Shown one piece after another: positions 34,790 to 47,500 of a stretch of 64,000 nt of DNA (position 1 is the first letter of the stretch; each line of letters starts with the position of its first letter). The position numbers and the translations under genes were made by a program. This stretch comes from Octopus sinensis. Taxonomy: Eukaryota. The stretch is from contig NC_043016.1 of assembly GCF_006345805.1 (NCBI RefSeq), positions 20,088,001-20,152,000 of the forward strand. Reading direction: 5' to 3'. Below the pieces are notes generated by a model. That model was given only the letters and a program-made list of their open reading frames with translations, ran no database searches and was not told the origin of the DNA.

Positions 34790-36175
34790 AATACTCAGAG
34801 GAAACCGAGGGTTCTGTGGCCTGCTGCTAATGAGAAAGGAAGATATAAAGAGTTTAAGAACAAGGTATGTCGGGCTCTTTATAAAATAACAGGATCTACA
34901 GTGGAGAAACTGGGGAAATTAACAAGCTCAATATATGATACAGGAAAGGAATTATTTGGAGTGAAAAGATAGTACCCGATTAGCAAAAGGAAAGTGTGAA
35001 CCAGGTAGGAGGATCAGGAAAAGGAGACAGGCTGTTCTTTTTCTTCCTCAATTAAGAAAGCGATAGAAATGTACTGCGGAAGACGAAACATCTGGCCTGT
35101 ACGAAGATTAAAAAACGGAAAATGTTATGTGCAATGGCATGTCCACTGATATGAGTGAAGAAAGGAAAGTAAAAGGACTCGAGAACAGTTTCTGAAGGAC
35201 CTGTATGGGGTTACTAAGGAGCAGTTCAATGAACTGATGAGTGGCATTTTATTGTGCACAAAAAAAGAATTGGATGCTTGTATCAAAGAAACCTTCAGTG
35301 ATCCATACCGTAACAAGCCACTGCCACCTATAAATGGACTAAAGCATCTCTTAGAACCTGATATCAAATTTCAAATTGGGGACTTCAGAGAGGAAGAGGT
35401 GAATGATTGCATGAGAAAAGCTTGAGCAAAGAGTTCTCCAGGTGATGGCATCTCGTATAAAGTATAGAGATATTGCTATTGTCTATGAAAGAAGCTTTGC
35501 CCTGCTCTGACAGCTGTGGCGCCAAGAGACTCAACCAGAGGATTAGTGTATGGCAGGAATATACCTGCCAAAGGAAACCAATGCAGAGACTATAAAATAG
35601 TTTAAGTCGATATCCTTATTGAATGTGGAAGACAAGATCTTTATGGGAATTGTCTCATGGAGAACAGTGACATATTTACAGAGTAATGAACATGATGAAT
35701 GTTCAAAAGGCCGGAATCCCTGGAATTCCTGGAAGTGTTGAGCATTGATTTTCAATTTGGAAAGTGATCCAGGATGCCAAACAGAAGAGAAGTCTGAATG
35801 TGGTAGGGCTTGACCTAGCTAGTGCATATGGCTCAGTGTCACACGAATTACTGATAAGAGCTATGGGGGCCACTTCCACATTCAAGACAAAGCAACCAAA
35901 TTAATGAGGATGTATGACAGTTTTGAGATGAGGCTAACAGCTGGAGATTTTACAACAGATTGGTACCAATTGGAGACTGGCATTGCTGCTGGCTGCACAA
36001 TATCTGTTACATGGTTTATCTTAGTCATGGAGATGATTTTGAAAGCCGTGGATTTCCAAAACAAATTGCCCATGAACAATCACCTAAGAAGGCCTTCGTG
36101 GATGACATGACACTTCTACCCATGCAGAGTGACCTCTTGAGACTAGAAGAGCTTGTGAAGTGGTCAAGAGCAAAA
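34790..36175 (+). mobile_element. Decayed non-LTR RT fragment of the restriction-like-endonuclease group (HERO-like)
   Basis: KSSPGDGISYKV, GIYLPKE...FKSISLLNVEDKIF, QKAGIPGIPGSVEH, GLDLASAYGSVSHELL, LETGIAAGCTISVTWFILVMEMILKA and KAFVDDMTLL. Confidence 0.75.
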
Positions 36176-36789
36176 AAAGTAATGTAGTCTGATATTTATT
36201 ATTATTTCCAATCAAAGTCAGATGTAGAGGATTTGTTGGACATAGTGTGAGGCAACTGTTATCATTAGGCCTAACTCCTTAAAGTAAATACCACCATGAC
36301 TGATATACAAACAGTAAAAAAGACTAGCTGCTGGATTTTGTAATGAGATGATGAGCAATGGTTAGAAGAATACTGAGCTTTATTTGGTAACCAGTTGATT
36401 TAGCAAGTGGGGCCTCATATCAGTGAGGTGGGGGCTGGTGCACAATGATGCTATTGGGAGGTAGGCCCTGAAAAGGCGTGCATTCTCCTTATGACCCCAT
36501 AGACTTGCTGGCTTCTGGCATGCAGAGCTTTTGACTAGTAGCACTTGCAAAACATGTTGTATTTTGGGGCTATTGTTTCATTTCTGGTTAATAACCATTT
36601 CTGAGAAGCAGTAGTTGCATCTAAATATATATTTACCAGATATATTAGATAAAATAAATTTTCTTAACTTATCTGATTATATCCTCCAAAGGTTCTAATA
36701 CTGCTTGTCAAGCAAAAATACAGTTCTACAAAATGCATGTTTTTATGTCCTGTATTATTACAGTTTCCTAGTTTAGAAGTGATAAGCAG

Positions 36790-37418
36790 TGACCTGCATG
36801 ATCATGCATTGCAGCTAAGATCTGAAAAAACTTGCATGATATGCAAGTTCAGTTTAGTGACTTACTCAAGCTAAATATTGCACATTTCTTTTGAAGTTAA
36901 TGTTACTGATGTGATATCTGTGGGAGAATATCACTGAATTGCAGAATTTGAAATAATAACCCAAGCAAAAATTTAAAATGGGAAGCATAATGTATGAAAA
37001 AGTAATGACACTGCTAAAAAAACATCCATTATTCTGGGGGAGAAAGTGCAGTTGTATGTTACTGCTTTTCATTCATCTTACCTTGTTGAATCTAGTTTCA
37101 GCAATGTATCTCACTATCAAAAGTTTATAACTAGCTTGACATTTGTACAAAGTCTTTTTGATTTTTATTTACAGTTGGAGTTGAATATTTCAAAACTAAT
37201 AGAGCAGCATCAATCACAGAACTTGCTTTGAATAAAATAGCACTAAAGTAGTATCTTTTTTTTTGTATATTTACAACTATTTTACTGGTAAATATTCATT
37301 TTCCCCACAGAATTTAGTCGTTAGAAAGGGTTTTTTTTTTTAAATATTAAATGGCTATGGGAGTCCACTAGAGTAGAATATGAACTGGAGTCCATAGGTA
37401 AAAAATACTGGGAACCAA
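36790..37418 (+). mobile_element. hAT (Buster/Charlie-type) 3' fragment
   Basis: AFHSSYLVESSFSNV...LELNISKLIEQHQSQ resembles the hAT dimerisation-domain end. It terminates in ...aaaaaatactgggaaccaatg. Confidence 0.6.
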
Positions 37419-38444
37419 TGATGAAAAAAAAGAAAAAAAACCTCGGATGTCAATGCAAACTAGTTATTAGCTGACGAGTCATTTAAGTTTTGTCAACATC
37501 ACATCTAAAATATTCAATTTCTCAGTAAATCATTTGTGGTTATCAAGTGGGGAAGAAAAAAGTCTTAGTAGAATTAGAGCAGTGTTTACTTTTAAATCTT
37601 TTGTACACATCAAAAGAATATTCAGACACACAAACTCGAAATTTTCTTACCAAAGTCTATCTAGTAATAAAATTTAAAGTTTGTGTTTATATCCTTGGTA
37701 AGTTCGTCTTAGTAATTCATGACTAGTTTTGATTTATGCAAAGTCAACCTGCACAAATCTAAACCAGTAAATTTTAATCTATTTTCAAAAATACTTTCTC
37801 ATATATATTTCTAATTTTAAAACATTCAATATATAAAAACTTTATCTTCTCCATCTCTGACGAGTGAAAGTATTGTCTATCAATGTGTATCAACAATCGA
37901 TTCCATTATAATGACAATACTTTCATGAAATGATCGTAAGATGCATTAATTAACAAATTTTTAAGGTGTCATATTTCATATATTTATATATATTTTTAAT
38001 ACAATACTACACAAATGCATAACACAAATGTTAACTTAATTCCTAAGCAAATGAAAGCAGATAAGAGGTAAAAAAAAACAAAACAAAATTTCCAAATTTT
38101 CACTACCAGATGAGAGATTCTAGATATTGAATGATATGTAAACAAAGAGAATGTTGAGAATCAAAAAATGATTGCCTATGCTCTTCACCAGAGAGTAGTT
38201 GAAGGTTGAAGGAGAAAAGGGGTTGGTGGCCCAGTTAAGAAGGTCAGAATATAAAAATGAGGAAGGACAGGGGCAATAAAAGATAAAGCAGCAACAAAAG
38301 GTTGATTAGAATATTCTAAAAATGGAATCTGACAGTGGTCAGATATATACAAATCCAAGCAACCCACAAGATGGATTTGCACAAACAAAAATGTTGAAAG
38401 ATGAATTTATAAAGTTCCAACTGAGCAAGAGAAATTTTCTAGCA

Positions 38445-38734
38445 CTGGCCCAAAAAATTCGAGCGAGGTCATTGCCATTACCGCCTGACTGGCTCATGTG
38501 CAAAAATTTGAGCGTGGTCGTTGCCAGTACCGCCTGACTGGCCCCCGTGCTGGTGGCACATAAAAGCACCCACTACACTCTCGGAGTGGTTGGCGTTAGG
38601 AAGGGCATCCAGTTGTAGAAACTGTCAGATCAAGACTGGAGCTTGGTGCAGTCATCTGGTTCGCCAGCCCAGTCAAACCGTCCAACCCATGCTAGCATGG
38701 AAAGCGGACATTAAACAACGACGATGATGATGAT
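38445..38734 (+). mobile_element. RTE-tailed SINE inserted in the satellite
   Basis: Family body ending gacgatgatgatgatg. The satellite module resumes immediately after it (tagttgctaataatctagc). Confidence 0.85.
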
Positions 38735-40029
38735 GTAGTTGCTAATAATCTAGCAGATCAGGGAGCCAATTTTATCATCAAAGCAGCAAGAATACGACCC
38801 CACTGGGCACTGTGAATCATCCCAGTTTAACAAAAGAACTAAAAACATTTCCCATGACTTTAAGCATTCACCGGTAATGACAGTGTATCTGTGCTACATT
38901 TTCATGGATTTCATTTACCAGTAGAGTTTCCACATGTCTTTCAATGACTTCCCATCAACTTAGTGTCCTCTGATATAATTGTGAAGAATGTGGATTCAAG
39001 ACATCTATTGACCATAAACCTGCCTTCTGAGGACAGTATCTCAGACTGATTTTATCATAAAAATAAGAATGTGATCCCATCGGACATTATGAAGAAACCA
39101 GATTTGATAATGAAAATTAAAACACTTCTGAGAGACGTGGGTAGTTACAGATTAACACACCCCAATTTCCATTAAAAGACCAACTTGTTCTTGTCTCTTG
39201 AGTAAACCATTAATTACTGTAGAATTAGGCAACATGAAAGTTGATGTCTATGTACTAAGTCTCTATCATGCTTTTGCATGCATGCTGCACTCTTTCCACG
39301 GATCCCCAGAATTATTCTGAAAAAATGTATCACAATTAAGATGATAAAGTGTATGGGTTCAGGACACCTGTATACCATAAACTAACCAGCAAGAAATGAT
39401 CAAAGAAATACTCACCTATTTAACAAGTACCCAGGAAGCATACCTCCACTCTAGCTAAGAGGAGGGAAAAGGATGACATGCAAAAAAAAATAATTGAAAC
39501 AAATATGTCAACTATGTCAGCAGCCACTCTGAAAACATACAAAACATCCTACCCAAGTTCTATATTTAAGAGATGAAGAATTATGTATATTATTTACATC
39601 ACTGTAAACCTACATTCAGAGGACAATAGCACAACTTCAAAATCCCACCATCCACATACAATATGAAGAGAGGGCTTGTTCATTTCTTACATTGTCCCTA
39701 ACAGTAAGTAGTGATCCTAAAACATACCAGCAAGAAATAAGATTAAGAAACACAAAAAAAAAAAAAAATCAGCAGCAATATGTCATGTCAGAGACCTCTT
39801 AGAAAACAAACAAAATGTACTACAAAAGATGCATTGGAAAACATTGAAAGATGAATATGTAAAGAGATTCTAATCCAGGCAAGAACCAATTCAGTCAGTT
39901 AATGATATATACAAAAATTGAAACTACTAGCTAAAGATTGCAGGTACAGAGCTGTGGACACAGACTCACAAAAATGAAGCTGTTCGTGATGCATTTATTT
40001 ATCTTGGGATTAACATAATCTTCAACTCG

Positions 40030-40290
40030 CTGTTATTATTGTATTGAAAAAGAGGCGACAGCGATTGTAGAATCTGTGAGAAAATGGTCTCATTTTCTTC
40101 TTGGACATAACTTCACAATAATAACTGATCAAAACAGTGTGGCTTTTATGTTTAATTGTCAAAAGCACAGTAAACCTAAAAACGAAAAGAAGCGTTGGCA
40201 AATCGGACTAGCCCAGTATAAATTTGATATTTACCGCCAAGAAAAGTTTAATGTTGCATCTGATGCTTTATCATGTACTTATTGCACAGC
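40030..40290 (+). mobile_element. Ty3/Gypsy RNase H fragment
   Basis: EATAIVESVRKWSHFLLGHNFTIITDQNSVAFMF...RWQIGLAQYKFDIYR..NVASDALS. Confidence 0.8.
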
Positions 40291-40562
40291 TATGACTGAT
40301 AATGAACCATATTGTATTCATTCAGCGACGTATGCTGAAAAAGTAAACATGCTTTTATACTGCTTCTTACACTTCTTAGATTACGCATGTCGTATGTATA
40401 CTGAGTCAGTCACTTCACGCGCTATGTATTTCACACGCCATAATAATTACTACAGTACATCACGTGTGACTCGGGCAAGTCAGTTATTAGTGATTACAAT
40501 TAAAACGAGAATATCTGACACCAAGGCCTAAGACTGGTTTTGCTTTTTCTTCACCCATCGCT

Positions 40563-41150
40563 ATGGCTACTAAGAAGAGAAAGGTTGATGTCGAATGTCA
40601 CATTTTCAATAAAGAATGGGAAGAAAAGTACTTTTGTGGGGAAATAAACGACCAGAAAGCTAGATGCCTGATATGCAATGAAAGTGTTGCTGTTATGAAA
40701 GTGTAGAATATTCGTCGTCACTATGAAGTAAAACATCTCTCAACACATTCTAAATATTCTGGGAAGTTGCGATCTGAGAAATTTGAATCTATGAAATGTA
40801 GTTTGGAATCTCAAAGGAATTTCTTTACGAAAAAGTTTGTTGCAAATGAATCTATCAGTAGTGAATAAGTTGGCAGAGTGAGGAAAACCATTTACTGATG
40901 GAAACTTTATAAAAGAGTGCATGATGGAAGCAGTAAATGACTTGTGTCCTGAAAAAGCTAGCATGTTTGGCTGTGTCAACCTTTCAGCAAGTTCAATTGT
41001 GAGGAGAATAGAACTTGGAGAGAATATACAGTTACAGATACGCGAGAAAGCTAAGAAATTTTTGTTGTACTATTTTGCAATGGATAAATCTACTGATCTC
41101 TCTAGTATGTCACAACTTCTTGTGTGCATTCGTGGTGTTAATTGCAACGT
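40563..41150 (+). mobile_element. hAT transposase 5' fragment (SPIN/GTF2IRD2-like)
   Basis: MATKKRKVDVECHIFNKEWEEKYF...CLICNESVAVMKV.NIRRHYEVKH...KPFTDGNFIKECMMEAVNDLCPEK...LSASSIVRRI...AMDKSTDLSSMSQLLVCIRGV. Confidence 0.85.
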
Positions 41151-42449
41151 TAAGATCAAGGAGTCACGCAGTAGGACTGAACCCAGAACCATGTGGTTGG
41201 TAAGCAAGCTACTTACCACAGCCACTTACTGAATTGTTGAAGCTGTTGTTGTAAGTGTTTTGTGAACTGACTGTTATTTGCTAATAATCTAACAGATCAG
41301 GGGGCCAAATTTACGATAAAAACAGAGAATGTAACCCCACTGGGCCTCATGAAAGGTCCAAATTTAACAAAGGAAATATAAACATATTTCCCAGCAATAC
41401 AAGCATTCACAGAGAATGGTTAATTTTCGTGCAATTAAGTTGATTCTCAGTACAACTTTAGAGTTGCTGTTTTTGTAGTAAGCCCACAAAGATCCATAAG
41501 ATGGATTTGCACAAACAAAAGTATTGAATGATAAATTTGTAAAGCTCAATTGAGCAAGAAAGATAGATCTTGTAGCACTGTAGTTGCTAATTTAGCTCAT
41601 ACAGAAGTCAAGTTTATTATAAAAACAATAAGAAGCAGACTCCACAGGACCTCATTGAAAGTCTAAATTTAAGAGTAAAATGTATCCCTATCACAATAAT
41701 TTCAACCTCTTTAGTGTCCCCTGATGTAATAATTGTGAAGGTTATGGGTTGAAGACATCCATAGGCAATAAATACAACTTGAGAGGAGAGTATCACAAGT
41801 TCAATTCCCATTACCCATACAACAGAAAGAGGATTGCGCATTTCATACAACATTGACCAAAATCAAAGTAGTGAACCTGAAACATACCAGCAAAAAATGA
41901 TCAGTCTTAGAAACACAAGAAAATCCTGCAACAATATGCAGACTCCATGTCATACGTCAGAGTAAACTCAAAAAAACATCATACACAAGATCCACCATAT
42001 GCATTTATACAAAAATGGAATGATGAATATGTAAAGCTTGAATTGAGAAAGGAAGAAAGACTCTCTGGTGTAGTATCTGCTAATAATCTAGCACAATAGA
42101 GAAGTTCCTTTGACCACAAAAATAATCTGGATCTAAGAAAGGAAATAAAGACCTGTAGTGAGATGAGAAGAAATTATTTTCTTGCTGTGGCACAATTCAG
42201 TTGTGCTTTGGAAGATTTTTTAGCCAATAACAGCTGCAGGCATATGAATAAAAGGGCAGTGATCTGTCTTAGGTAAAGAACAGCCTACAGCAACAAAGTG
42301 GCTGTTTCAAATTAGTTAATGAATAGAAGGCCCAACAGTAACATAGCTTCTCGATAGCACTGCCAGGCCAGGGATCTTTGGTGATTGTTCATAGGTCCTT
42401 TGTTAATACAAAAAAAAATCAACAACACCAGTAAATTTCGCTGACACTC

Positions 42450-43108
42450 TGCGTCAGAAGAAAGAGATTGTAACATTTACAAATGAAGAGCTCATAGAAA
42501 CGAGAGCTCTCTTTACAACCCGTGGGCAAGATTTAGTGCTACATACACTTCAACACAAAGCAAGAAATAGAAAATAAGACAATTATATATAAAATTATAA
42601 GAAAAACAAAAAACTAAATGAACAGATTACAAAAACAGATGTAGAAAAATGCTTAAAAAACATAATGAAAGAAAAAGAATATATAAACTGGGGTCCCCAG
42701 TTTAACACAGTAGTGGTCCGCTTCCCTAACCAAGAAGTGGCAAAAGCTCACTCTACTGAGTCTCTGGGAAATGATGAAATCATCATGGTCCCATACTATA
42801 AAAACCAGAGAGTGAGTCGAATCACTATTAAAAATGTACCTCCCGAGATTCCTAACAAATAGATAACAGGGGCAATCTGTTACCATTTAAAAAATATCAA
42901 CATTTTGGAAACCGCTGTGTACCTTGGCAACATTTGGGGTGGGAAGACAATAGCGGTGACCATACAGATTGAGGGGGCCTCTATCGAGAGCCTACCGGAT
43001 AAGATCCACTTGGAAAATGGGCAATGCCTATATGTTGTAGCAGAAGGCAAAAAGCCTAGATGCTACAACTGTGGCAGCCCCGAACATTTAATTGCCAAGT
43101 GCGCTCTG
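42450..43108 (+). mobile_element. Gag-like ORF1 fragment with a CCHC zinc knuckle (Tx1/L1-type)
   Basis: ...VVRFPNQEVAKAHST...RVSRITIKNVPPEIP...LPDKIHLENGQCLYVVAEGKKPRCYNCGSPEHLIAKC (CX2CX4HX4C), with one in-frame stop and upstream frameshifts. Confidence 0.78.
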
Positions 43109-43990
43109 GTAAATGTAAAGATGGACAAAATGCCACTAAGCATTTTGGCCAGTGTGCTAACAATTCTGTCAGGTTGCTGCCTTCTTTTTCTCTTTGGTAG
43201 TGACCTGAGAAGGATTTGAACTCCGAATGTAAGGAGTCGGAAGAAGTGCCACTAAGCATTTTGTCCAATGGAATAATGATTCTGCCTGCTCACAGGACAG
43301 AGAGGCTTGCAGACTTCTACATTTTGCCTGTAAAAAGGGACACATAGACACTGTAAAACTACTACAGCAGAATGGCACTGATGTCAGTAAAGAAAGATGG
43401 CGAGGGCGCCCTTACTTCTTGCTTGTTGGAATATTTTACTTTGCATTTTTTCTTTCTTTCCTTTCCATTTTCTCCCTCCTATTTCTCCAAAGTTAGAGTA
43501 TAAGTCAAGTTTATATGCAGTCCTTGACCAAGCTGAAATGGAGATCCACAAAATTCTGCCTGCTCACAGGACAGAGATGATTGCAGGCTTCTACATTTTG
43601 CCTCTTTTAATGGATACACAGACACTGTAAAACTACTACACCAGAATGGTGCTGATGTCAGCAAAAAGATGGTGAGGGCACCATTACTTCTTGCTTGTTG
43701 GAGTATTTTATTTTGCATTTTTTCTTTCTTTCCTTTCCATTTTCTCCCTCCTATTTCTCCAAAGTTAGAGTATAAGTCAGGTTTATACGCAGTCCTTCAC
43801 CAAGCTGAAATGGAGATCCACAAAATTCTGCCTGCTCACAGGGCAGAGATGATTGCAGGCTTCTACATTTTGCCTCTTTTAATGGATGCACAGACACAGT
43901 AAAACTACTACACCAGAATGGCACAGATGTCAGCAAAGAAGGATGGTGAGGGCACCCTTACTTCTTGCTTATTGGAATATTTTACTTTGC
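43105..43990 (+). repeat. Ankyrin-repeat-derived tandem units (~272-274 bp, ~3 copies)
   Basis: 43314 onward reads LLHFACKKGHIDTVKLLQQNGTDVSK, then after a frameshift RAPLLLACWN. Later units read QDRDDCRLLHFASFNGYTDTVKLLHQNGADVSK. Confidence 0.85.
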
Positions 43991-44121
43991 ACTTTCTCCT
44001 TCCTCTTTCTTGTTTATGTCGACTTGCAGTCTGCAGGGGGTTAATGTAGTGAGACAGGAATAATCTATTTTGTTGATGTGACATAATTCAGTTGTGCTGA
44101 TCAGACCAAAGCCGGGTTACG

Positions 44122-44372
44122 CACAGATGGACCAGCTAAATCTACACAAAGCTTAGCCCCAACAGTAAGAACCAAAGAAGGGAAGGGTGCACATCGAGAT
44201 GAACCAGCTAAATCCATAGAAAGCTTATCCACAACTGAAAGAACCAAAGAAGTGGAGGGTGCACATCCAGATGAACCAGCTAAATCCTTACAAAGCTTAG
44301 CCCCAACAGTAAGAACCAAAGAAGGGAAGGGTGCACATCCAGATGAACAAGCTAAATCAGTACAAAGCTTAC
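44122..44372 (+). repeat. 72-bp minisatellite (~3.4 copies), codon-preserving
   Basis: accagctaaa at 44131, 44203 and 44275, acaagctaaa at 44347. The plus frame reads PAKSTQSLAPTVRTKEGKGAHRDE-like 24-aa units. Confidence 0.9.
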
Positions 44373-44398
44373 CATAATGGATGAGACAATTGGTTTAA

Positions 44399-44578
44399 CC
44401 CTTTAGCATTTAAACCAGCCATATCTGGCCCAAATTTTTTAATTTTTTGTTCAAACCATCTAGATCTGGCCTCTCACTCATATCCTACATTGACATTGTC
44501 AAAACAAAACAACGCGAATTCAAAACAATGTGAATGAAAATGCATTATATTTGACAAAGTAATCTCAACGCTAAAGGG
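44399..44578. mobile_element. piggyBac-type MITE family B
   Basis: ttaa|ccctttagc ... gctaaaggg|ttaa, with a perfect 9-bp TIR and TTAA on both sides. Confidence 0.88.
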
Positions 44579-44596
44579 TTAAAAGAGAAAATGTGA

Positions 44597-47500
44597 ATTC
44601 CATGTTGGATGTCGGAGAATACTTGGAGAAACATCCTCCACAAGATCGATTTAAAGAACAGATGGAATGATGAATTTGTAAAGCTCATATTGAGCAAGAA
44701 AAAGAAATTCTCTGGTGCAATATTTGCTAATAATGTAACACGATAGGAGAGTGCACTTGTCCTAATGAAGAATCCGGATCTAAGAAAGGAAATAAAAGTA
44801 TTTTCCAGAGACTTGATTAGGTACAAATAAATACATGTTTCAATTTTCATTAAAACACCAATGTCTTCCAATCTTTTCAGTGATCAATTAATGAATGTAA
44901 AATTGAGACTGCATTAAAGTCAATGCCTACTTAGAATGATTAATACTCTATGGAACAACGTAAAGCAAACAAAACAGTAACTTCATAGATAGAGAGAATA
45001 TCAGCTGTATGTGTAGGTTCTTGGTGAAGCTCAATCTAAGATTCACAAAATGAACTTGCACAAACAAAGATATTCAATTGGGAATTTGTAAAGATCAAAA
45101 TGAGCAAGACAGGCTTTCTAGTGTAGTAGTTGCTAGCTACCTATTAGATCAAGGAGCCAAGTTTCTCCCAAAAAAGAAGAAAAAGATTTCTCTGGAACTA
45201 ATTAAAAATATAGGTTTCAAAGAGATATGATCCAGATTTAACAAAAGAAATAAAGACTTCTTTCGCATCACTACAAGCCTTCACAGGCGATGGCAATCTG
45301 CTTTCACTTAGGGGGCTTATTAGAGAATCAGCCACTTCAAAGTGGGCTGAGAACCAAACTGACATCCCCACAATGGCTCTGCACAAACAAAAATATTGAA
45401 ACATGAATCTATAAAGCTCAAATTGAGCAAAGATGACAGATTTTTTACATGGTAATTGCTAAATATCTAGCCAACCAGGGAGCGGAATTTACCATAAAAA
45501 TAAGAATGTAATCTCACTGGGTCTTAAGAAAGATCCAGATTTAGCAAAGAAAATAATAACATTTTTCCATATTAGAGAAACAGAAAAGTCCAAAGAGGGT
45601 TGAGAACCAACCTGAGATCCACAAGATTGATTTGCACAAACAAAAACATTAAATCATTATTCTTTAAAGCTCAAACTGAGCAAGAAAGAAAGTCTCTGGT
45701 GTAGCATTTGCTAATAATCTAGTACAATAGGGAAGTCCATTTGGCAGAGTCAATGAGGACTGTGTACTTCATACAACACTGACCAAAAACAAAGTAGTGA
45801 ACCTGAAACACACCAGCAAAAAATGATCAGTCTAAGAAACACAAGAAAATCCTGCAACAATATGCACACTCCATGTAATACGTCAGAGTAAACTTAGAAA
45901 AACATCCCACACAAGATCCACCATATGCATTATACAAAAATGGAATGATGAATATGTAAAGCTGGAATTGAAAAAGGAAGAAAGACTCTCTGGTGTAGTA
46001 TTTGCTAATATCTTACGCAATAGGGAAGTCCGTCTTGCCTCATAAAAAATCTGGATCTAAGACAGAAAAAAAGCATTTCCCAGATTCAAAGAGGATTGCT
46101 CATTTCATTTATCCACTTCTGCTAGGAGGAGAGAAGTGGATGAAATGCAAGATAAACCTGCAACAGTATGTCAACCCTGTATGAGAAGCCTCTCCGAAAA
46201 CATACAAAACATCCTGAATGTAAAGACAGACAAAATTCCGCTAAGCATTTTGCCAAGTGTGCTAACAATTCTGTCAGGTTGCTGCCTTCTTTTTCCCTTT
46301 CGTAGTGACCTGAGAAGGATTTGAAGGCCGAATGTAAGAAGTCGGAAGAAGTACCACTAAAAATTTTGTCCAATGGAATAATTAATGATTCTGCCTACTC
46401 AGAGGACAAAGACGCTTGCAGACTTCGAAATTTTGCCTTTTAGAATGGATACACAGACATTGTAAAACTACTACACCAGAATGGTACTAATGTTAGAAGT
46501 TGGAAGAATTTCTACAACAGAATAGTACTGATGTAAGAAGTTTGAAGAAGTGCCACTAAGCATTTTGTCCAGTGGTCTGATTCTGCCAGCTCACAGGACA
46601 GAGATGATTGCAGACTTCTACATCTTGCCTCTTTTAACGGATATACAGACACAGCAAAACTCCTACAGCAAAATGGCATGGATGTCAGCAAAGAAAGATG
46701 GTGAGGGCACCCTTGCTTCTTGCTTATTGGTATATTTTAATTTGCATTTTTTCTTTCTTCCTTTCCATTTCTCCCTCCTTTTTCTCCAAAGTGTAAAAGT
46801 CAGGTTTATATGCAGTCCTTCACCAAACTGAAATGGAGATCCACAACATTCTGCCTGCTCACAGGACAGAGAAGCTTGCAGACTTCTACATTTTGCCTGT
46901 TAAAAGGGACACATAGACACTGTAAAACTACTACAGCAGAATGGCACTGATGTCAGCAAAGAAAGATGGTGAGGGCACCCTTACTTCTTGCTTGTTGGAA
47001 TATTTTAATTTGCATTTTTTCTGTCTTTCCTTTCCATTTTCTCCCTCCGCTTTCTCCGAAGTTAGGCTAAGAGTCAAGTTTATATGCAGTCCTTGACCAA
47101 GCTGCAATGGAGATCCACAAAATGGATTTACACAAAGAAAAACATTGAACAATGAATTTCTAAAGATCAAAATGAGCAAGATAAATGGGCTCTCTATGAG
47201 GTAGTTCAAGATTGTAAATTAGATCCAAGAAGATGACTTCACCAGACCTAATTAACATTCCAAGTTTAAAAGAAAAAATGCCAACTCCATGTTGGATGTC
47301 GGAGAATACTTGGAGAAACATCCTCCACAAGATCGATTTAAAGAACAGATGGAATGATGAATTTGTAAAGCTCATATTGAACAAGAAAAAGAAATTCTCT
47401 GGTGCAATATTTGCTAATAATGTAACACGATAGGAGAGTGCATTTGTCCTCATGAAGAATCCGGATCTAAGGATGGAAATAAAAGTATTTTCCAGAGACT

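Noticed and set aside
37652-37661. 10-nt microexon candidate on the minus strand (ttactAG|atagactttg|GTaaga)
   Set aside because: It is not a multiple of three and no host gene was identified. Such signals arise by chance in AT-rich DNA.
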